NCBI GenBank assembly: GCA_958367245.1
Contig: CATXEA010000003.1
Location: 20,331-84,330, forward strand
Direction of reading: 5' to 3'
Origin: an uncultured Blautia sp.
GTDB lineage: Bacteria > Bacillota > Clostridia > Lachnospirales > Lachnospiraceae
DNA length: 64,000 nt
Below, in pieces: positions 1 to 8,137 of the stretch (positions are counted from its first letter, which is position 1; each line of letters begins with the position of its first letter). The notes below the pieces were generated by a model. The model saw nothing but the letters and a program-made list of their open reading frames with translations, had not been told where the DNA came from and searched no databases. The translations under genes were made by a program, and so were the position numbers.

Positions 1-1216
1 CCTGAATGACGAGGCCAGAGAATGGTTTGGCAATAAATATAAAATTCTGATAGATCAGGGGATTGAAGGCTTCTGGAATGATATGAATGAGCCGGCAATT
101 TTCTTTACTCAGGATCACTTAAAAGAGGTTTTTGAGGGGCTGGAAGAATTTAAGGGAAAAAATCTTGAAGTGGGCGATTTCTGGAAGGTGAAGGACCTTG
201 TTCTCGGAACAGCCAACAGAAAAGAAGATTATGAAAGCTTTTACCATAATTATAAAGGGGAGAAGATTCGCCACGACAGAGTACACAATCTGTACGGTTA
301 CTATATGACGAGGTCTGCTCAGGAAGCTTTTGAAAGAATCGCTCCTGACAAGCGAATCCTGATGTATTCCAGAGCATCCTATATCGGAATGCACCGTTAC
401 GGCGGTATCTGGATGGGTGATAATCAGTCATGGTGGTCACATATTCTTCTGAACCTGCAGATGCTTCCGGGACTTAATATGTGCGGTTTTATGTACACGG
501 GAGCTGATCTGGGAGGCTTCGGAAGCGATACTACCGAGGATTTGATGCTTCGCTGGCTGGAACTGGGAATCTTTACGCCTCTGATGCGAAATCATTCTGC
601 CCTTGGAACAAGGGAGCAGGAATTCTATCAGTTCGGTGATACCGATGCGTTCAGGAGAATCATCGGACTGCGTTATGCCCTTCTTCCGTATCTTTACAGT
701 GAATTTATGAAATCTGTACTGAAGGATGAAATGATGTTTACGCCTCTTGCTTTTGCCTATCCTGAAGATGAACAGGCGAAGCTTGTATCAGACCAGCTTC
801 TTGTAGGAGAGAGTATTATGATTGCGCCTGTTTATACACAGAATGCGCAGGGCAGATACGTATATCTTCCGGAAGAAATGAAGCTGTACCGCATGAAGAG
901 TGAAAACGAAATGGAGACAGAGATTTTGAGCAAGGGTCACCATTATGTGAAAGCAGGGCTTGATGAGGTTCTCATTTTTGTCCGTCCGGACAGTATGGTT
1001 CCTCTTGCAAAGGGCGGATGCTGTGTGGAAGAGACAGATACTTCTTCTTTAAGGCTTCTTCATTTCATAAAAGATAAAGGAACATATCAGTTTTACAATG
1101 ACGACGGATATGGCAAAGATTATGACATGGATGCGCATACTACTGCGATTACGGCTTATGCAGATGGAAAAATCGAAGTGTCAGGTGCCGAAAATCCAAA
1201 ATGTGAGCTGATTTAA
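1..1216 (+). CDS. Glycoside hydrolase family 31 alpha-glucosidase; N-terminus lies upstream of the window (reading frame is open from base 2).
   Basis: Frame open from window edge; motifs WMGDNQSWW and GADLGGF typical of GH31 catalytic region; the ORF-track start at 83 is just the first in-frame Met. Confidence 0.8.
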   Translation, partial: LNDEAREWFGNKYKILIDQGIEGFWNDMNEPAIFFTQDHLKEVFEGLEEFKGKNLEVGDFWKVKDLVLGTANRKEDYESFYHNYKGEKIRHDRVHNLYGYYMTRSAQEAFERIAPDKRILMYSRASYIGMHRYGGIWMGDNQSWWSHILLNLQMLPGLNMCGFMYTGADLGGFGSDTTEDLMLRWLELGIFTPLMRNHSALGTREQEFYQFGDTDAFRRIIGLRYALLPYLYSEFMKSVLKDEMMFTPLAFAYPEDEQAKLVSDQLLVGESIMIAPVYTQNAQGRYVYLPEEMKLYRMKSENEMETEILSKGHHYVKAGLDEVLIFVRPDSMVPLAKGGCCVEETDTSSLRLLHFIKDKGTYQFYNDDGYGKDYDMDAHTTAITAYADGKIEVSGAENPKCELI

Positions 1217-1228
1217 TTATCTCATAGA

Positions 1229-1271
1229 GAAAGTCCCCTGTTGTAAGTTCAGGGGACTTTCGCATTTTTTA
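1229..1271. terminator. Bidirectional intrinsic terminator between GH31 gene (+) and AraC gene (-)
   Basis: 12-bp stem gaaagtcccctg/caggggactttc with 10-nt loop followed by TTTTTT; A-rich on other side. Confidence 0.6.
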
Positions 1272-2165
1272 TCTTTTTTGCGTTCTTAATTCTCTTGGTG
1301 TGATTCCGAACTGTTTTTTAAACTGTCGGTTGAAATTGGACAGATTGTCGAAACCGACGCTTTCTGAGATTTCAAGAACGGTTCTTTCTGAATTTTTCAG
1401 TTCCTTGAAGGCGCTCTCCAGACGGTAGCGGTTCAGATAACCGATGAAGCTGGTGCCTGTCATCTGGCGGAACCACCGCATGAAATGGCTTTCGCTGTAG
1501 CCGCACTGTAAGGCAGCGTCCTGAATCCGGATGGGATTCTGATAATTTTCTTCAATGTAGTTCAGGGCAAGCTTCAGCCGTTCCAGATGAAGAGGCTCTT
1601 CTGAAGAGGCTGAGTCCGTGTCATTATAGCGGAAAATCAGGGAAAAAAACTGCATAATATCAGCTTTTACCCCAAGCTCGAAACCGGAAGGCCGTTTATC
1701 GCAGAGCTCGTCTGCGTCGTTGAGGCAGGAGGAAAATCGGTCATAATGGGCATCCTGCGAAGTGATACAGACAGGAAAGGAAATCCGGTTGTTTAAGAGA
1801 GGGAGAAGATACTTCTGGCTGCAGGCGTCAACCACATTGCTTCCGAGGAATTCCATGTCAAAAATAATATTTTCGTATTCCATCCGCTGTCCCTTAATCT
1901 GACTCAGACCGTGGAGGTGTCCGGGCGGAACAAGGATGATATCTCCTGCGTGTATTTCAAAAGAGGAAAGATCCACCTGAGCCATCCCCACTCCTTTCTT
2001 AATGTAAATAATTTCCATAGTATCCTGCCAGTGAAGGAAAACCGAGGGGAAATCATCGGGGATGGTGCAGAGATATACATTGTAGGGAAACATGAATTCC
2101 GTATGTTTTTTTGTTTCGTGATATCCGGCGCCGCCTTTGGCCGGCGCGTTTGTTTGTTTCTTCAT
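1269..2165 (-). CDS. AraC-family transcriptional regulator (N-terminal cupin sensor + C-terminal AraC HTH)
   Basis: 298 aa; cupin-like GDIILVPPGHLHG; C-terminal tandem HTH with NFNRQFKKQFGITPREL AraC signature. Confidence 0.8.
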   Translation of the reverse strand: MKKQTNAPAKGGAGYHETKKHTEFMFPYNVYLCTIPDDFPSVFLHWQDTMEIIYIKKGVGMAQVDLSSFEIHAGDIILVPPGHLHGLSQIKGQRMEYENIIFDMEFLGSNVVDACSQKYLLPLLNNRISFPVCITSQDAHYDRFSSCLNDADELCDKRPSGFELGVKADIMQFFSLIFRYNDTDSASSEEPLHLERLKLALNYIEENYQNPIRIQDAALQCGYSESHFMRWFRQMTGTSFIGYLNRYRLESAFKELKNSERTVLEISESVGFDNLSNFNRQFKKQFGITPRELRTQKR

Positions 2166-2303
2166 AATGATAGGATTGTATCATATGTTGGCGAGATTGT
2201 ACAGGCATTTTTCGTGGGGAAATGGTATAACATATTTAACAGATGAGAGACAAACAAAAAACGGAAAGAAACAAAAGTTGTGTAATAGAAAGGGGATTTC
2301 AAC

Positions 2304-4565
2304 ATGATGTTAGAAAAAAGACTGGAAGCTCTTTGCGGAAAAAAGATTGCGGACAGCAGCTATGAAGAGCTTTACAAAGCATTGATGACAGTTGTAAAAG
2401 AAGAAAGCAAAAATCAGGAAAAAGAAGTAAAGGGACGTAAGTTATATTATATCTCTGCAGAGTTCCTCATTGGAAAGCTGTTAAGCAATAATCTGATTAA
2501 TCTCGGAATGTATGAGGAAATCAACGCCATTCTGGAGAAAAACGGAAAGTTTATGGCGGAGCTTGAGGAAGCAGAGCCGGAACCAAGTCTTGGAAATGGC
2601 GGTCTTGGACGTCTGGCAGCCTGTTTTCTGGATTCTCTGGCAACTCTGAATCTGCCCGGAGACGGAGTAGGGCTTCGCTACCACTGCGGATTGTTCCGCC
2701 AGAATTTCAGGGATAATTCCCAGAACGAAACTCCGGATTACTGGCTGAACGCGGCGCAGTGGGCAGAGGACACAGGAAAGGTTTATCCGGTAAGCCTTGC
2801 AGGAAAAGAATACGAAGCGCGTCTTTATCAGCTTGATGTCACAGGCTATAACGGACGTACCAATAAACTGAATCTGTTTGATCTGGATACGGTAGATGAA
2901 AGCATCATCGGTACAGGCATCGAATTTGACAAAAACGCTATAGACAAAAATCTGACCTTATTCTTATATCCGGATGACAGCGATGATGCAGGGCGTAAGC
3001 TTCGTATTTACCAGCAGTATCTCATGGTCAGCGCAGGTGCGCAGATGATTCTTGAGGAGTGCGGGGAAAGAGGCTGTGATTTCCATAATCTTGCAGATTT
3101 TGCGGCGATTCAGATTAACGATACTCATCCGTCCATGGTGATTCCGGAGCTGATTCGTCTTCTTATGGAAAAGGGAATCGCATTTGAGGAAGCTGCAGAA
3201 ATCGTGACAAATACCTGTGCGTACACGAACCACACCATTCTTGCAGAAGCTCTGGAAAAATGGCCGGTTTCCTATCTGGAGGAGGTTGTTCCGCAGTTGA
3301 TGCCTGTAATCCGCAAACTGGATGCTCTTGCAGGAGAAAAGACGGAAGATAAGAGTACCGCCATCATTGACGACAACAATCTGGTACATATGGCGCATAT
3401 GGATATTCATTTCACACACAGTACAAACGGCGTAGCTGCCCTTCATACGGAAATTTTGAAAAACAGCGAGCTGCACAATTTCTATGAGATGTATCCGGAG
3501 AAGTTTAATAATAAGACAAACGGAATTACATTCAGAAGATGGCTTCTGTCCTGCAACCGGGAGCTGACCGCATATATTGAGAGTCTGATCGGTGACGGAT
3601 TTAAGAAGGATGCTATGGAATTAAAGAAGCTGGGCGCATATCTGAATGATAGGAAAGTACTGGAAAAAATCATGGAGATTAAGGCGGACAACAAGGTAAA
3701 GCTTGCTTGTTGGCTCAAAGAAAAACAGGGTGTGACTGTGAATCCGAAATCCATGTTTACGATTCAGTCCAAGAGACTCCATGAGTATAAGCGTCAGCAG
3801 TTAAATCTTTTATACCTTATTCATCAATATTATGAGATTAAAAGCGGACATCTTCCGGCAGCGCCGATTACTGCAATTTTTGGCGCAAAGGCAGCTCCTG
3901 CCTATGTCACTGCAAAAAATATCATCCATGCGCTCCTGACTTTATCGAAGGTGATTGCCGCAGATCCGGAAGTTTCAAAATGGCTTCAGGTTGTTATGAT
4001 TGAAAATTATAATGTGACGGCAGCCGAAAAAATGATTCCTGCCTGCGACCTCTCTGAACAGATAAGTCTTGCTTCCAAGGAAGCTTCCGGTACAGGAAAT
4101 ATGAAATTTATGCTTAACGGAGCGGTTACTCTGGGTACTCTTGACGGCGCAAATGTGGAAATTGCAGACTGTGTGGGAAATGAAAATATTTATATTTTCG
4201 GCCAGTGCAGTGAACAGGTTATCCGCCGCTATGAAAAGGGCGATTACTGCGCGCGCGAGTGGTATGAAACAGATGCAAATATCCGCCGTGCAGTTGATTT
4301 CCTCACCGGAAAAGAAATGACGGAAATGGGAAATGCAGACAGCCTGAACAGTCTGAAAAACGAACTGGTTGGAAAAGACTGGTTCCAGACCTTCCCGGAT
4401 TTCAATGCCTATGTAGTACGGAAAAATCAGGCGATAGCAGATTATGCGGTAAATCCTGAGAAATGGGCAAAAATGGCGCTCAAAAACATCAGCGAAGCAG
4501 GGTTCTTCTCCTCCGACAGAACCATTGCAGAATATGATAAAGATATCTGGCATCTGGGAGAATAA
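2304..4565 (+). CDS. glgP: Alpha-glucan (glycogen/maltodextrin) phosphorylase
   Basis: 753 aa; PLP-site motif EASGTGNMKFMLNGA; SD aaagggga upstream of ATGATG. Confidence 0.9.
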   Translation: MMLEKRLEALCGKKIADSSYEELYKALMTVVKEESKNQEKEVKGRKLYYISAEFLIGKLLSNNLINLGMYEEINAILEKNGKFMAELEEAEPEPSLGNGGLGRLAACFLDSLATLNLPGDGVGLRYHCGLFRQNFRDNSQNETPDYWLNAAQWAEDTGKVYPVSLAGKEYEARLYQLDVTGYNGRTNKLNLFDLDTVDESIIGTGIEFDKNAIDKNLTLFLYPDDSDDAGRKLRIYQQYLMVSAGAQMILEECGERGCDFHNLADFAAIQINDTHPSMVIPELIRLLMEKGIAFEEAAEIVTNTCAYTNHTILAEALEKWPVSYLEEVVPQLMPVIRKLDALAGEKTEDKSTAIIDDNNLVHMAHMDIHFTHSTNGVAALHTEILKNSELHNFYEMYPEKFNNKTNGITFRRWLLSCNRELTAYIESLIGDGFKKDAMELKKLGAYLNDRKVLEKIMEIKADNKVKLACWLKEKQGVTVNPKSMFTIQSKRLHEYKRQQLNLLYLIHQYYEIKSGHLPAAPITAIFGAKAAPAYVTAKNIIHALLTLSKVIAADPEVSKWLQVVMIENYNVTAAEKMIPACDLSEQISLASKEASGTGNMKFMLNGAVTLGTLDGANVEIADCVGNENIYIFGQCSEQVIRRYEKGDYCAREWYETDANIRRAVDFLTGKEMTEMGNADSLNSLKNELVGKDWFQTFPDFNAYVVRKNQAIADYAVNPEKWAKMALKNISEAGFFSSDRTIAEYDKDIWHLGE

Positions 4566-4579
4566 GAATTCCCGGACGC

Positions 4580-4612
4580 AAAAAAGCCCCGTTGCCATGA
4601 GCGGGGCTTTTT
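4580..4612. terminator. Bidirectional intrinsic terminator between glgP (+) and arcC (-)
   Basis: A-run, stem agccccg/cggggct, T-run. Confidence 0.6.
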
Positions 4613-4630
4613 AAATAGGATTTTTTGCTT

Positions 4631-5563
4631 TTATTTGATAATAGTACCTGTTTTTTCTTCGTAGCCATCTTTCGCATGAGCAATGTCTGTAATGATGGTA
4701 CGGCGTCCTTCGCCTTTGGTGATGAAGGAGATTCCTGCTTCGAATTTCGGAAGCATGGAACCCGGTGCAAACTGGTTTTCTTCCATATGTTTTCTGGCTT
4801 CTTCAACAGAAATGGTATCCAGAAATTCTTCGCTGTCTTTACCGAGGTTCAGGCTTACTTTCTCAACGCTTGTGAGGATGAGAAGAGTATCTGCGTTTAA
4901 TTCTTCTGCAAGAAGTCCTGCAGCGAGGTCTTTCTCGATAATCGCACTTGCGCCGTGGAGGTTGATTCCCTGCTCAAGAACAGGAATACCGCCGCCGCCT
5001 GCTGCGATAACAACCTGACCTGCTTCTGTCAGGGCGCGGACTGTCTCAATTTCCACAATGCGCTGTGGCTTCGGAGCTGCAACGATTCTCTTGAAACTTC
5101 CGTCAGCAAGCTTTGTGACGAAATTACCTTTCTGTTCTTCCGCATCTGCTTCTTCTGCAGTTAATACACGGCCGATGATTTTCTCCGGCTCTGCGAAAGC
5201 GTCATCGTACGGGTCGATTACAACCTGTGTCAGGATGCTGCTCACCGGTTTATAAATACCGCGGGAGATAAGCTCTGCGCGGATAGAGTTCTGAAGGTCA
5301 TAGCCGATATAGCCCTGACTCATTGCGGAGCAGACGGACATCGGGGCAAAGGTGTAATTCGGATGTGCTTTGCCGAACTCATTCATAGCTGTGTGGATCA
5401 TACCGACCTGTGGGCCGTTGCTGTGGGTAATTACTACGCGTGCGCCTTCTTCTACAAGGTCTGCGATAGCCTTAGCTGCCTGTTTCGTTGCATCCTTCTG
5501 TTCCGGAAGTGTGGTTCCCAGCGCTCTGTGACCTAATGCAACTACTACGATTTTTTCGCTCAT
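4631..5563 (-). CDS. arcC: Carbamate kinase
   Basis: 310 aa; IVVALGHRALG N-terminus, GGGGIPV and FAPGSMLPK motifs of carbamate kinase family; SD GAGGT 9 nt upstream. Confidence 0.85.
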   Translation of the reverse strand: MSEKIVVVALGHRALGTTLPEQKDATKQAAKAIADLVEEGARVVITHSNGPQVGMIHTAMNEFGKAHPNYTFAPMSVCSAMSQGYIGYDLQNSIRAELISRGIYKPVSSILTQVVIDPYDDAFAEPEKIIGRVLTAEEADAEEQKGNFVTKLADGSFKRIVAAPKPQRIVEIETVRALTEAGQVVIAAGGGGIPVLEQGINLHGASAIIEKDLAAGLLAEELNADTLLILTSVEKVSLNLGKDSEEFLDTISVEEARKHMEENQFAPGSMLPKFEAGISFITKGEGRRTIITDIAHAKDGYEEKTGTIIK

Positions 5564-5747
5564 AGAAAATACCTCGTTTCTTAGATTTTATGCATAATTA
5601 TTAATGTAAAAACAATTTGCGGCTTTTCACATATGTTGCTGTGAACAGCAATCAATATGTTATATTATAAAAGAACAGGTGTGGAATTGCAATAGAAGAT
5701 TGTTTAAAACGGAGCTGCTGTCAAAAATATTTGGAAAACAAACAGCC

Positions 5748-5783
5748 TCCGTGTTTGGGAACGGAGGCTGCTGCTTTTTTGAG
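5748..5783 (+). terminator. Orphan rho-independent terminator (possible attenuator/sRNA end) in divergent intergenic region
   Basis: Stem cagcctccgt/acggaggctg with 9-nt loop followed by TTTTTT; upstream segment acggagctgctg (5709-5720) can alternatively pair with 5' arm. Confidence 0.5.
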
Positions 5784-6140
5784 GGGGGAGATAGAGAGTG
5801 GTATTTCATCTATCCAAGACCTATTATATAGGTAAAATGTGTGCAAAGTATGTCTCATTTCTAAAAGAAATAGAAATTTTCTAAATTAATTTTAAAATCT
5901 GTTTAGATTTACATTCACATCTTGTAATCGGAAGAAGAACGTGGTAAGGTAAACACATCTCATTTCTGTATCTTCAGAAATAGAATCTTTCACAATGCCA
6001 GATCGGCGCAGATATCCTTTTTTATGAAACGAAATGACTGAATATGGAGGGAGCGATGCCTATGTATGTTCTGTTTTAATGCAGATATTGTTGGATGGAC
6101 TTTTGACCGGTAATTGTTTGACCGGAGATTTGGAGAGATT

Positions 6141-8045
6141 ATGAAAAACAGAATATGGAATCAGGTGAAGAGCCTTGGTGTATCGGCAATTCTTTTTACA
6201 GCGGCTGTTTGTGGAAAATGGGGACAGGCGGCAGAGATAAAGGCATCCAATGTGGATAAGGAAGAACTGAGTATTGTACAGACAGCGCAGTGGACTGAGG
6301 GAGAACCGTTCAGAGCTGTCATAAGTATGGAAGTGAGCGGACTTCTGGCTTACAGGGAGAAGTATGCGCTGAAGCCGGACGTTCCGGAAAAACCGGATTC
6401 ACCTCAGGAAGAAACAGTAGGAGGGGTTACGGAGGAACCGGCAGACTCTGCGCAGTCGGGCAGCTTTGAGGAATATGCAGATTCCGAAACAGGACAGGAA
6501 GAATGGCAGGGGGAAGAAGCAGCAGAGGAAGAAACGACAGAAGAAGAAATTCCGGAACAGGAGACATGGACAGAACAGGAAGTCTGGGAAGCGTTAAAGG
6601 AAGAGGCGCCAATAGAAGAGAGCTGTGAGGAGGCGTATGCTTCAGGAGAGGCGCAGAAGGAGCCTCTTTTTGAAGAAGGATATGAAGACGTTCCTGAGGG
6701 AGGAGCTGAGAATCCGGAAGTACAGCTTTTTGTGGAAAATTATGTTTCGGAATTTTTTCAGCCAATAGGGGAAACTCTGCCTGAAAGCAGTTGGATAGAG
6801 GAAGTAAATGCAGTGAATCAGAAAGGAGAAGCAGTCATTCTTTATAAGGTCGTATATCCTGTGAAGCTGTCTGAGCTTACAGAGGACAGACTGCGCCTTG
6901 GTTTTGAAGCTGTGCTGAGAGAGGAATACAGATATCCGGCAGCAGTAAGCCGTTTTCCGGTGAGTCAGGATGAGCCATTGAATAAGGACTGCGCAGGAAC
7001 AGGTATGCATCTTTTGGAAACAAGGGGGCTGGACAGCACGATTCTGGCGCAGGGAGCTGCTCCGGTTCTTGAGGTGGCGGAAGCGGACGCTGATTTTGAA
7101 TTGAAATTAAAGCCGCGCACACCGGAAATAAAAGCGGGAAACGCCTGCATCTATGAAATGCAGGTAGTGAATACAGGAGATATGACTCTGAAAGACATAG
7201 TGATAAAAAGTGATTTTGAATCTCAGAGGACGGATTCGGGGCAGATAAAGGCTGTATGGGAATCTGCTCAGGGAGTGCAGGTTCAGGGAAAGCAGGCAGT
7301 TATTCCCACGCTGGGCAGAGGAGAAGCTTTAAGTCTTTTTATGACAGTGCAGCTTGAAGAAGGAGAGGAAGGAACATTCGTACATAAGGTCACGGCGCAG
7401 GCGCCCTGTCCCAAAACAGAAGGAGAAACAATAAGAAAGGAAGCGCGTACAGAAGTGACGATTCTTCCGCTGAAAGCAGACTTTACAGTGGAAAAAACAG
7501 CGGACCGTACACAGGCCTATTCCGGAGATACCATTAATTATCAAATCTGCATCCGTAATACAGGAGAGCGCACACTTCATTCTGTATTGAGTACAGAGCG
7601 GTTCCTCGGAGCAAATGTGCAGGCGAAGTTTCTTCCGAAAGAGGGTGTGACTTTAAATGCTTCAGGCACACAGGCTCTGATTGAAAAGATTGCTCCGGGG
7701 GAGACTTTCGCATTGCAGGCTTCAGTGACTCTTCCGCAGTACTTTGCCTCGCAGGAGCTGATAAATCAGGTGACAGTTATTTCTAAGGAAACAGGGACAA
7801 AAACTTATGAGTCGCAGTCAAAGGTGAATGTGACAATGTATGCGCCGACTCCGACTGTAAATCCATACAATGGTTATCAGGTGGATTATCAGTCTTCAGG
7901 ACTGGGAAAGAGCGCATATCCGTCATCCTCTCAGCCGAAGACAGGGGATGATACAGAGACAGGTGTCTTTATCATGCTTTTAACTCTTTCAGTTTTGTCG
8001 GCAGCAGGCGTTTTTTGGAAGCGGAAAGGGAAAAGCAGTGATTGA
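6141..8045 (+). CDS. Cell-surface protein: signal peptide, Glu-rich acidic region, DUF11-like conserved repeats, C-terminal QPKTG sorting-signal-like motif + TM + basic tail
   Basis: SD GGAGAG 4 nt before ATG at 6141 (ORF-track start 6114 less likely); N-terminal hydrophobic signal; repeats of type xNTGxxTLxxV; C-terminus SSQPKTGDDTETGVFIMLLTLSVLSAAGVFWKRKGK. Confidence 0.6.
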   Translation: MKNRIWNQVKSLGVSAILFTAAVCGKWGQAAEIKASNVDKEELSIVQTAQWTEGEPFRAVISMEVSGLLAYREKYALKPDVPEKPDSPQEETVGGVTEEPADSAQSGSFEEYADSETGQEEWQGEEAAEEETTEEEIPEQETWTEQEVWEALKEEAPIEESCEEAYASGEAQKEPLFEEGYEDVPEGGAENPEVQLFVENYVSEFFQPIGETLPESSWIEEVNAVNQKGEAVILYKVVYPVKLSELTEDRLRLGFEAVLREEYRYPAAVSRFPVSQDEPLNKDCAGTGMHLLETRGLDSTILAQGAAPVLEVAEADADFELKLKPRTPEIKAGNACIYEMQVVNTGDMTLKDIVIKSDFESQRTDSGQIKAVWESAQGVQVQGKQAVIPTLGRGEALSLFMTVQLEEGEEGTFVHKVTAQAPCPKTEGETIRKEARTEVTILPLKADFTVEKTADRTQAYSGDTINYQICIRNTGERTLHSVLSTERFLGANVQAKFLPKEGVTLNASGTQALIEKIAPGETFALQASVTLPQYFASQELINQVTVISKETGTKTYESQSKVNVTMYAPTPTVNPYNGYQVDYQSSGLGKSAYPSSSQPKTGDDTETGVFIMLLTLSVLSAAGVFWKRKGKSSD

Positions 8046-8137
8046 AAAGGCGGTTTAGGTGTGATATTCTAATAAGGAGTATAATTTGTTGCTGTGAAAG
8101 GTGAACAGTAATCAAAATTACGACAGGAGGCAGTACC

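Noticed and set aside
83-1216. ORF-track start at 83 for the first gene
   Set aside because: The reading frame is open back to the window edge and the upstream translation (LNDEAREWFGNKYKILIDQGIEGFWNDMNEP) is GH31-like. The gene is truncated by the window; it does not start at 83.
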